Of a stretch of DNA of 64,000 nt, positions 48,966 through 60,593 are shown in pieces; position 1 is the first letter of the stretch, and every line of letters starts with the position of its first letter. The notes under the pieces are model-generated. The model saw only the letters and a program-made list of their open reading frames with translations, made no database searches and was not told the origin of the DNA. This DNA comes from Macrostomum lignano. Lineage: Eukaryota. The stretch is from NCBI GenBank assembly GCA_002269645.1, contig NIVC01000493.1, positions 496,001 to 560,000 on the forward strand. The letters are read 5' to 3'. Both the position numbers and the translations under genes were made by a program.

Positions 48966-50184
48966 CTGCTGGCGGGGACTGCAGGCGCACCCCCAAGGTT
49001 AATCCTTGGTTTCTTTTACATTGGGGTTGCGATGGGGTTGCGATAATCCCCGCCAGTAGGGAGTATTAAGTAAAAAAGCGAGGAGACAAGGAGAGGAAAG
49101 ATGAGAGGAGAGAGGAACGAATAAAAGGCGAGAGAAAGAGAGAGAGAGAGAAGAGAGACAATAAGATAGAAGAGCGAAGAGAAGAAGAGGAGAGATGAGA
49201 GAGAAAAGGTGAGAGGAGAGAGAGAAGAAGAGGAGAGAAGAGAAGATCGAAGACAGGAGAGAAGATTCGATTGGAGCTAAGAAGAGGTACCCCAATCTTG
49301 ATCGGGCCAGATTGCTATTGTAAAGTTTAAAAGGACCCGATAAAGAGGTTTTGGGAGCTTCACGTACGTGGACCACCCTCGGTTTATGCGAAATCGAAAT
49401 CGAAAGAAATTCTCTGGCTTGTTTTCTGGCTTATGGTTGCTATTATGCTTGGTCGCTGGACGTAATTAAGAGCTATATTAAAGCAAACTGCATATTATTA
49501 AACTAGTAATCTGGGAATTTAGTACACTTTATTATTTTTCAAGTTATTATTACGCGATATTAGAGCATCATCTAATAAAAAATTATAAGTAAAACAGCAT
49601 CTATTAGGCTTTTCAGTTTTCATATTACCGGTTCCAGAACCAGAATCGGTTTGAAGCTTTTCATATTGTCTATTCGGTTTTAAAAATCGGTTTCAGAACC
49701 GTGTTCTGGTTCTGGAATTTGGATCAAGAAATTTTCTTGATCCGTTGTCATACATTTTAACAGTAAAATAGATTTGAAATCGTCAAATTTATATTATTGG
49801 TGTATAATTATTCCGTTTTTGTCATATCCAAGAGGAAACAAAGCCAAGGAAAGACAAAATTAATTGTAAAGACTGACCAACATAAAATGTTTTCGAAGCT
49901 TTTCATTTTCCTACCGATTCTGTTCTGGAATCGGAATTATTCTGGTTCTAGAACCGATCTTCGTGAAAAGCCTAATAATAGCGGACAAAACGCGCCAATT
50001 CAAATATTTCTCATTCCAAGAATCTTTAATCATATAATCGTGTAGTTTGATGTATAGGTACTATTACTATATGCTATAGCCTCTTATCCAATTGGCCTTT
50101 AAGATTTCTCGAAAAAAATATGAATCGTATTTGAGCTTTTTAACATTGAAACAGTCCAGTCAAAACTTTACATTTTCGATTAAA

Positions 50185-50526
50185 ATGGCTGCACCCAACA
50201 ATCAATATACACTATATAAGCTTTTGATTTTCGTTCTAATACTTGCTTTGGTTGTCGATTTTTGCCATAGCCAACCGCAGTTTTCCTATCCTCGTTACTC
50301 ACTTAAATCTAAACAGAAGTATCAAAGAAAAGTAAATGATAGAATAAACGAATGCAGACCAGGTTGCTCTCATATTAGTGATTACTTAGAGAGAGAAAAG
50401 TGTGTGCGTATATGTGCTTCTAAGGAATGCTACAATGAAATTTATGCGTCTGATGAATTGGAAGAAGACGAAATTGATGTGAGATACAACTCGTTCAGAG
50501 GTTGTGTCTACACTAAAATTAAGTAG
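50185..50526 (+). CDS. Small secreted Cys-rich protein, DUF4787-like (113 aa)
   Basis: AAAATGG start, hydrophobic signal LLIFVLILALVVDFCHS, then C..C...EKCVRICASKECYNEIYASDELEEDEIDVRYNSFRGC. Family recognised from memory, not from a search. Confidence 0.7.
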   Translation: MAAPNNQYTLYKLLIFVLILALVVDFCHSQPQFSYPRYSLKSKQKYQRKVNDRINECRPGCSHISDYLEREKCVRICASKECYNEIYASDELEEDEIDVRYNSFRGCVYTKIK

Positions 50527-53500
50527 CCTCGTTAACAATAGTCACTATATCAGTAAGTATCTTTGTCATTGAAAACTTGTGTACAATTTGTAATTTTGTA
50601 ACTATAACCTTATCTAGTCTCTAGATTCTATGAATACATAATTCCATATGTCATATGAAATTGTTCTTGTATTATAAAACTGTTACAATACAACTTTCTA
50701 AAAATGGGATATATTTTTAATATTAAATATATTTTATCCCTAAATATTTTAAGCATTTTTTAGATTATTATTTAATATAATTGGTTAGAACTTTTTAATA
50801 TCATAATAATTTACTACACCTGCCCTAATGGGCAGATGTGCAACTAACAACTTAACTGCAGCTATTGTATAATGCATATAAAGGCTATATATAGCTATTT
50901 AGTCCAAAGAATATGAGGTCACTATGCTAGAGACTTCCTTCAGTGAGATTTTGAAAGTTAAAAATAATGTAAAAAAATTTCCTAAAACTTTAAAATTTAT
51001 TTGCTACCTGTTGAATAAGTTTTATAAAATCCAAAATATGTATAAGAAACTAGAGAAATATATCTTTCAAATGAAATAACTCCTAAACAAACAAAGTTTA
51101 ATGATAGAAATGCCAAGTTAGATAGTTAAAAGTCCAAAAAGTGTTTTTGTAGAAAAAAATTATTGTTCCTATTTGGCCCATGTAAAAATTTAAAAGTTGA
51201 ATAACTTTTATTGCATTTTGTGCAATTCTAAATGCTGTTTTTTAATGTGCCTTTATGTTATGAACACAAAGAAAACTGTTTGTTTGTATCTCTTCTCACT
51301 CAAAAGGTATCAAGCTTTCTTTAGTCTCATTTTTTGCCTATCTCCGCAATGTATTTTTTATCCAAAAACTGAAAATTTGGTTTTTTATAGATGACTTCAT
51401 TTTGTGGACTTTTTATGTATTGTTTTTAAGAAAGGGGTATAAACGCATTTTTTAGCAACACCCGCTTTCATTTTGCATGTCTCACTTCTTTGTATTAACA
51501 ATTTTTTTATTTTTGGTGAACATGAGCATTTGCATAACTCACAAACTACTTATGCAGAAAAAATATATAGCTTTGTTCTATATGCCATTTCTTTACAGTA
51601 TTCGATTCACTGATACATAGATAACAATTTGACAAAGTTTGTAGTCCCCTATTTTGTGTTTGAAGCATGCAATCACGAGTTCTTTTTTAAATATGTACAC
51701 ATACACTACTTACATGCTACTTATGTAAAAAGTGGGTTATTATGGCTTTTCTTAATTAAAAAGAAGGACTTTTACCATAGGAAATGTTTTTGAATTTAAT
51801 TAATTGAAAATAATGCTTGTTCTAACTTATTGAGCTATAGCAATTGCAACCCCAACAAGTGACCCTTGGACTGCACTCAACTTGGCTTGGTCTGCAGTGC
51901 AAACTCTTAAAATTAACTGAACTTTATAAGAGATGGTCTTTATTTAATTTGTATGCTTAATAAGCAATTTCAAAATACAATTTTAGTTACAATATATTTT
52001 ATATAATAGTTGACAGTTGAAAAACATGCAATTTTGAGATACACCATCAAATTCTTATAGAAAAAAACACAAAATTGGTGAGTTTTTTTAAACCAAGCAA
52101 TTCTAAATTAAAAAACTGTGATTAGGTACATTCTACTAGGTGTTTGAAAGGAAATGTAAAAAATTATCAAGATATATTGAAAACTTTACAAATAGTAGCC
52201 ATTTACAACAACAAAAATTGACCTTAGCAGCATACAAAAAGTGTATATTTTTTATTTTCAAAGCCTGCTTACACAATAGTTGTCATTGATTGTGTCTAAC
52301 AATTATATTACTATTGTATAGAACTTCTTTATCTTTAAAATGACATCTAGATGAACACTGTAAGTTAAATATTAAAAGAAATATGACCAAAAAGACAAAA
52401 AACAAAAAAATTCAGATATGGCACTCAAAAGGCACCAACCCATAATGTATTTTTCCTATCTAAAAATGCCATTTTTTTCACACAAAAAATGTTACAACTT
52501 TTTTATTATTTTATCAAATTGGACAAATGAGGCCATTTTAGAATTCTAACACTCCTTTATCAAATGTATATATCAAAAATACAAAAAAATAAACTTTCAA
52601 AATCTCATTGAAGTCTCTAACTATGCCTATTGTAGGCAAGGTCTAAATTGTACCAAACATCCCTTTCTTGCACTAAACTGCACCAGTGCACCAGACTATG
52701 TCTACACTACTGAAGGCCAATCTATGCTAGACACTATCCATGATAAATGGCAATTGGCTACAATAAAGTCATTATATATACCCTCAATCATCATGGCTAA
52801 TTCAAATACCCATTTTATAGCTGGTTGAACTGAAGCAAAGCAGAGTTAATAAAATGAAAGATTTATATTTAATATAATTTAATAATTTTGTTGACTAAAT
52901 CTAAATATATTAGTGGCCTAGACTTGATTCAAAGTGTAGCCATATTAATTTGGGAATAAATTAGCACTTCTATTTGGGCCATGCCTATAGTATAGTCAGA
53001 AACCATCATGACAGCGTATTTTGTTGTTGTTGTTGTTGTTATAGTCAGAAAGGTGGCATAGCATATACTATAATAAGTTATTAAAATATTTTATATATAG
53101 TATATATAAGCCACATTTTCAGTCAATGGGAATGCTATGTTTTATATATCAGTATACTTTTAGAGGCTGCAAATATATGGGCAATTATGTTATGTCTTTT
53201 GCTAGCTTTATAACAAAATTGGTTAAAGTGCACTTTGAGATTCAGAATTTAGGATGCTAAACAAGTGAATTAATGATTATGATTATTTAGGATTATATTG
53301 AGTGTTTCAAAGTGCATTAAAAATCTAAGTCTTTAATGCCATCACTTGTCTATTTCCATTTCAGTGTGCTAACAAACTGTGCTGGATCAAGTCTTATATA
53401 CTTTGCCTATAAATTAATTTGCAATATACAAGCATATTAACATATTGGTAACTGTTAATGAAAAACATTTTTCAGCAGGTGCCATATTTTTCCTCAAAGT

Positions 53501-54464
53501 ATTAATTAGAAATTGTCTATATTGCTGAAAGTAGTTTGTGTTGCATAGATATGTATATTTTACAGTTTTTGTGCATGAGTAATAATTGATAGATGTGTCT
53601 TTAACTGTCCATCAACCCATTTTTGCTTGCACATATAAATGGTTGAGTGAGTTGTACATGTAGGCAGTCTAAGTGACATGCAAATTTAAATTTAAAGTAA
53701 TTCAGTCAAATACTTCTAGAATTAGTTTCTTACCTTGTAGTTGTAACTAGCGTGATTTTACTTGCCAAGTGAAACCATTATTTTTATGTCTCCATGTTCA
53801 TTTATTTCTACTCTTTAAGTAGTCTGTTGCGTTCTAATGTCTTTTATTGGAGTATTTCACAGGCAAAAAAAAATAAATTTGATTTGTAAGTGAGTTTGCC
53901 TGACTGGAACACAAAAAAGTTTTTGCCTTCAGTATTTTTGTTATTTCTTTTCGGTGTAATTTTTTAATACGCACTGCGCTGCATGCACGGAGATAAATTA
54001 AGCTAATGGGGCTCCCGTAGTTTTGGCTGGTTGGTTGCCTTCGACCCGGGCCCAGCAAAGCAAAGTCTGTATTAGCCAAAATCAATAAGCCGACTTATAT
54101 ATAGAAATGAGTTGAAGTGTGAGAAGAAATCGATGTTCCGAAGGCTTGACTGCCAGGTGAGGGAGAACAAATTTACGCGTGCAATTAGACTGCTTGCAGG
54201 AGAGATGAGGGGTGAATAGGGACCCAAGTACATCCTAACCTTGCCTGTGCATGCCTATAGAGTTGTTTATAAAGTTAATTGGGTGTAACTTTGCTCGTGC
54301 AGTCATGCAGACTCACGATCCGATTATTGATCTTCATCATAGCTACCTAAGGTTGCGCCTTAGAAATTACTTTTAGGCTTAAGTCATCATTATCTGTTTG
54401 CCATTCAGGGGTACATGGGAATGTACTTTAGAACTGAATCTTCTGGTGGAAGCTGCTGAAAGTT

Positions 54465-55066
54465 AAGTGACTGAGTGGAAGCTGTTGGAAGTTAAGTGAC
54501 TGAGTGGAAGCTGTTGGAAGTTAAGTGACTGAGTGGAAGCTGCTGGAAGTTAAGTGACTGAGTGGAAGCTGCTGGAAGTTAAGTGACTGAGTTAAAGCTG
54601 AAGTCAGCTAGGTGACTGAGGGGAAGCTACGAGTGCAGGAAGTTAGGTGACTGAGTGGAAGCTACCATTAAAGGAAGTTAGGTGACTGAGTGGAAGCTAC
54701 CATTAAAGGAAGTTAGGTGACTGAGTGGAAGCTACCATTAAAGGAAGTTAGGTGACTGAGTGGAAGCTACCATTAAAGGAAGTTAGGTGACTGAGTGGAA
54801 GCTACCATTAAAGGAAGTTAGGTGACTGAGTGGAAGCTACCATTAAAGGAAGTTAGGTGACTGAGTGGAAGCTACCATTAAAGGAAGTTAGGTGACTGAG
54901 TGGAAGCTACCATTAAAGGAAGTTAGCTGACTGAATGGAAGCTGTTGGAAGTTAAGTGACTGAGTGGAAGCTGCTGGAAGTTAAGTGACTGAGTGGAAGC
55001 TGCTGGAAGTTAAGTGACTGAGTGGAAGCTGCTGGAAGTTAAGTGACTGAGTGGAAGCTGCTGGAA
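54465..55066. repeat. Composite 29/35-nt minisatellite
   Basis: GAAGTTAAGTGACTGAGTGGAAGCTGCTG units flank a central block of GAAGTTAGGTGACTGAGTGGAAGCTACCATTAAAG units. Confidence 0.95.
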
Positions 55067-55515
55067 CTGTAACTGAAATCCATTCGCACACTCGCTCGAA
55101 TCGAAGTCTTTGCATCGTGCATGTAAAAGAAGAAGTTCCCGCCCAGTCGACCAGCACTCGTTGATCAGGAAGTGCAAGCTATATTTACACCATATCCAAT
55201 TGGCATCGGATTATATCCAGCCATGATAATCAATTCTAGCAATGGTGATGATCCGCGTGCAATCAGCAGCAGGGCCGCAGTTAGTCTCAACTTTGCCCGA
55301 AAATTGGCGGCTGAGAAAACGCCGGCGCGCTTCTGTTTGCGCCTCTCCTTTTTCTTGGGGCGGGGGGAGAATCCCCTATGGCGGCTTGGCTCTCCTCTCC
55401 TCAGCTGGCATTGGTCGGTCATGTCAATCGCCATGGCTAATCCACGCGTCGCTTATAAATGCACGCTTTGCAGCTTAGTCTGTCTGGATAGCTTATAATT
55501 TCAGAATCAATAACT

Positions 55516-58296
55516 ATGCAGTTGAGCAGCCGCGAGAGGCACATTATCACCGAGGACTGGCGGCTTGTGAATGCCAGGCGGGATCAAGTGGCGGTGATTT
55601 TGTTTCTCAGGTAAAATTGATTGATTGCTCAATTGAGAATATTTTTCCTCAACTGCAAAAATTATACTGAAAGTGCTATCATTCGATACGCTCGTATCAA
55701 AGTACAATTAACAACTTTCTTGGTAGAAGGACGTGTCCTTACTGTACCCTTAGTGCACACTTGGTGCACTGCAATTGCTGCACACTTGCTGCACACTTAT
55801 TACATACTTATTACACACTAATTGGTACACACTTAGTGCACACTTGCTGCACACATGATGTACTTGACTTAGCTGCAGTGTGCAGTGGTCCGTTGACACA
55901 GCGGGGAGGCGAGGGTTGCCCATTCCGCTAGCCCCTGAAGGCCCGCAGACAGGCAGAGGCGTGGGTCCGCCGGTCCGTCCTGCAGCGTGATCTTCCGTTG
56001 GGAAGAAACTGGCTCGTCTAGTCGCGCGAAGGAACTGGATGAGCTTTGAGATGCTGTCGGGCTGGCAGACCTCGTCAATGGACGGGTTTGGCCCGAGGTG
56101 GCGTAGCGCCGGTCTCTGGTAAAGAAACGGCAGTGACACACATGATGTGCAGTACATAAACTGCATGATGGCGAACAATATCGCTGGGGTGGTGGCTGCG
56201 CATTCTAAGAAACCCCATTCTTAAAGCTGATGGAGAAGGGATTATTTGCCCCTCAGAAATCCTGTGAGAGAGGAGAGAGTTTCGTACTGTGCCATTTATT
56301 ATTTGTTTATAACTGACAGCTGCTCCTCATCTATCAGGATATAGCTAGGCAAGCCGTGTGTGTTTGCATTGCAGGGATTTCACCTCTCAGGCGCTCGAGC
56401 CCCCCCCCCCCCATCTGTCCCCATCATCTGACAGTAAAAAGCGCACGCACTGTTGAGCACAACACGATTTTCCTCCTCCCTCCCAACAAAACTACAAGGC
56501 TAGGCCTGTTCTATATATACTCGGTATAAGGATGCGTACGAATCAAGCTCATGTACCCCTGATGACTCAAGAAGATAGCTAGACATCACAGCAATTCTAG
56601 CAAAATTCATCACAGACATGACGCTCGTAGAAGGCAACTGCCCTACCGGAAGAATATCAGCTCAAATACTCTTGTTTGCCTTCGAGACTTTATTGCAACT
56701 CCCGTTACGTTGGAATTCACACCGTCTGAGGTGACTTTTTATTGTAATATCGCCAGGTAATCCAAGTGCCTGCCGCTGCTACTCAATTAGCGCCATCTGA
56801 TGGAGGAATTTCCCCCTTGCATGCCAACACGACTACACAGCCAACCTGCAGCTGGCTGTAGCGTTGTACTTTTCTTGCATTCCGGCGGCGAGTCCCAAAC
56901 TCTTCCCAATTCTATTTCCTTAAGGCTTCACTCCAGGAAATGAAAAGGCCTAAAATCCCAACGGGAGCCATGCAGCAGCAGCAATTACACGGGAAAGGTA
57001 GATCTCATTTTATACTGGTCCATGCGCACAGGCTCGCCTAGCCCATTCCTTCCTGCGGCCGCCGACGCACGCCAAACCCGTTGCCGACTGTGGGGCCGGG
57101 CTGGATTATTTGCAGTGCCCTTGCTGTCGCGCTCTCTTTGAAAAATATAGAAAGAAAGAAAGAAAGAAAAAATGGGATGGAGATGTGTCCGTCAGCATCT
57201 CCCCCTTGTCGGGGCATTTCCGCCTCTTCCCCAGCTTCCCTGAAGTCTGCCGCTGTTTCTCCCTTGATTGAAGGGCTCTTATTGAGGGCCGCTTGGCCGT
57301 CTAATTCCTGCTATTGAGCAGAGCTGCTGATCATCTCTCTGCTCTCTTCTGTGTCCCATTTCTCTCTCACTTGGCGCTAACAGAATTCCTATCGCAATCA
57401 ATTTTGCAGTCTAAAGATAAGTTGCTATAGGGCTTGCGATTGACTGCGCGCGTGCCCCAATGGAACTTTTCGGCGTCTTAGTCTCTCATGTCTGAGTATA
57501 TCCGTATACTTTCTACGAGCGTATTTGGCTGAAAAAGAAAGTCTTGTTGATATTTTACTTGGGGAACACAATAAATTATCCTTTAAACTTGTCTAATATA
57601 ATGTAGTCCTTTACAGAAGTATTGTAGTCTTGCTTTCACGAATTACGAGTAAGAAGTAACAATCTGTTTCAAATGACATTCATTTTCACATAAATCAGGT
57701 GTCTCAATTGCGCATCAGAAAAAAATTCTTATAATGTGCACACTATCGATTAGCCCCAGTCTGCCCCAATGTACACACTATCGATTAGCCCCAGTCTGCC
57801 CCAATGTACACACTATCGATTAGCCCCAGTCTGCCCCAATGTACACACTATCGATTAGCCCCAGCCGGACCCAATGTACATACTATCGATTAACCCCAGC
57901 CTGACCCAATGTACATACTATCGATTAGCCCCAGCCGGACCCAATGTACATACTATCGATTAACCCCAGCCTGACCCAATGTACATACTATCGATTAGCC
58001 CCAGTCTGCCTATCCGCCACGCAGAATGTTCGACGAAGACCCCAGCACGCAGGCGCTGTTCTCCAGATTTCGCGGTCAGAGCCAAGCGGAGCTGGTCCGA
58101 TCAACGCCGCTGCGCACCCACGGACTCCGCGTTCTGGGGATCATCGGCACCGCGGTTGGAGAGCTGGCGGCCGGGGTGGACTACCCGGACTCGACCGCGC
58201 TGCGCATGATCGGGCACTCGCACCGAACCATGGGCGTCACCGAGCACCACTTCGCTGTGAGACTTCTTTTTACCATCCATCCAGATTGGGTTTTTT

Positions 58297-58351
<55 letters not shown>

Positions 58352-58982
58352 GTCCGACTCTCGCGCTACATCAGAGCGCCAGACCTCTAGGCTACACCCC
58401 CTTAGGCCTTGATGGCTGAAAGTTATCTATCTAAATACAAGCTCAACAACAATATGAAAAATGATTTTGGTAAACATGGTCTAGATTCAATTACTTAGAC
58501 AGGTCTAGGAACAACAATATGAAAATAAAACTTTCACTGCACAACTATATAAAATGCAACAAAGTAAAATGTTGAGCATGATCAATTAAAGTAGTGGCGA
58601 TCTTCACTGCAACTGGTCTCCGAAAAATTACAAGATATTTGAGTTTTACATTTTGTTATACTACAGTGGTCCTTGGTGCACCGCCTGTTGGTCAAAATGA
58701 CTGCATGGGCCGCAGTGTTTCAACTGAAGTTTTAGTTCTAAAGCACACAGCAACTATTTGCGTGTCGCGGCATGTATAATTTATGCTAATTAAGTTGCAG
58801 ACGAACTAATTATAATGAATCCTCCGCAGTCGATGCGCCGAGCCCTGCTGGAGACCCTGGATCACGTGCTGCAGTCCAGCCCGGAGGGTCACGCGGCCTG
58901 GGCCAAATTTATCGACTGCCTCCTGCACTTCGCCGCCGACTCCAACGGGCGCGCTGGGGACGGCGTCAAACGGGGCTTTTGA
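55516..58982 (+). CDS. Single-domain globin, 3 exons (55516-55610, 58025-58256, 58830-58982), 159 aa
   Basis: MQLSSRERHIITEDWRLV...ILFLR|MFDEDPSTQALFSRF...LRTHGLRVL (E7 His)...IGHSHRTMGV (F8 His)...HFA|SMRRALLETL...AWAKF. Intron phases 2 and 0 match the canonical B12.2 and G7.0 positions; TATAAAT at about 55464. Confidence 0.9.
57740..58005. repeat. 35-nt minisatellite
   Basis: CGATTAGCCCCAGTCTGCCCCAATGTACACACTAT and variants, about 7-8 copies. Confidence 0.9.
58299..58349. repeat. (CT)n microsatellite
   Basis: Pure CT run. Confidence 0.98.
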
Positions 58983-59030
58983 ACTCTGCGTCTGTGCTGG
59001 ACAGGGACTTTCAATTCCAACTGTTGATTC

Positions 59031-59775
59031 CCTCCCACCTCTGCCTCCCACCTCTCCCTCCCACCTCTGCCTCCCACCTCTGCCTCCCACCTCTGCCTCC
59101 CACCTCTCCCTCCCACCTCTCCCTCCCACCTCTCCCTCCCACCTCTGCCTCCCACCTCTGCCTCCCACCTCTCCCTCCCACCTCTGCCTCCCACCTCTGC
59201 CTCCCACCTCTGCCTCCCACCTCTCCCTCCCACCTCTCCCTCCCACCTCTGCCTCCCACCTCTGCCTCCCACCTCTGCCTCCCACCTCTGCCTCCCACCT
59301 CTCCCTCCCACCTCTCCCTCCCACCTCTCCCTCCCACCTCTGCCTCCCACCTCTCCCTCCCACCTCTCCCTCCCACCTCTGCCTCCCACCTCTCCCTCCC
59401 ACCTCTGCCTCCCACCTCTCCCTCCCACCTCTGCCTCCCACCTCTCCCTCCCACCTCTCCCTCCCACCTCTGCCTCCCACCTCTGCCTCCCACCTCTGCC
59501 TCCCACCTCTGCCTCCCACCTCTCCCTCCCACCTCTCCCTCCCACCTCTGCCTCCCACCTCTCCCTCCCACCTCTCCCTCCCACCTCTGCCTCCCACCTC
59601 TCCCTCCCACCTCTGCCTCCCACCTCTCCCTCCCACCTCTGCCTCCCACCTCTCCCTCCCACCTCTCCCTCCCACCTCTGCCTCCCACCTCTGCCTCCCA
59701 CCTCTCCCTCCCACCTCTGCCTCCCACCTCTCCCTCCCACCTCTCCCTCCCACCTCTCCCTCCCACCCACCTCTC
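59031..59775. repeat. 13-nt minisatellite with two variants
   Basis: CTCCCACCTCT(G/C)C, more than 50 copies. Confidence 0.95.
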
Positions 59776-60593
59776 CCTCCCACTTCTCATCCTCCCAACT
59801 CTCTTCCTCCCACCTCTCCCTTCCACTTTTCCCTCCCACCTCCATCCCATCCCACCTCTCTCCCTCCCAACTCTCTCCCTCTCCCTCCCATCTCTCCCTC
59901 CCACCTCTCCCTCCCACTTCTCATCCTCCCAACTCTTTCCCTCTCACCTCTCTCCCTTCCATCTCTCCCTCTCACCTCTCTGCCTCCAATCTCTTTCCAT
60001 TCCATCTCTCTCATCATCTCTTTCCCCTTCGCTCTCCCCTCTCTCTCTCCCTCTCTCCATATTTTCCTCTCATTACCTACCTGCTCTCATTTGCATTACG
60101 AGTATGGTACAGATGGCACTCCCATCATTTTGCACCCAGAATCATCGCTTTCTCAATATAATACGCCACCACACACTTTAATCTCAATATATTAATTCAA
60201 TGCGCTGAACACTTGTAGAAATACACAATATAATTTTTCACTTTTCATTTATTCTTCAAACCCACAAATACATTTTACTGTTAGTAGTAAATTCGAATAG
60301 AGGATTTTGACCACAAAATTGCTGGGACAAAATCCAGGCCAGGATGAACATAAAAAACGGAGCTGAAGAAAAACGAATTACCAATAATTTAGCGCTCGTA
60401 AAAGCATTAACGATGTCAACCGATCAGATATTTTATTGTCTTGTAACTACATGTCAGATTTCCGGTACTAAAACAGAGCATAATTAAAGAAAATATTGTA
60501 AAACTTAATTGCTTTCACAATGGGATATAAGTAGACACTAGCACAAGGGTGCAAGATTGCCTTGGTTGGAATTCTTAATTGAAAAAACACACC

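Noticed and set aside
55900-56200. Possible coding remnant in globin intron 1
   Set aside because: Reads vaguely like a transposon-derived peptide, but has stops and no identifiable motif.
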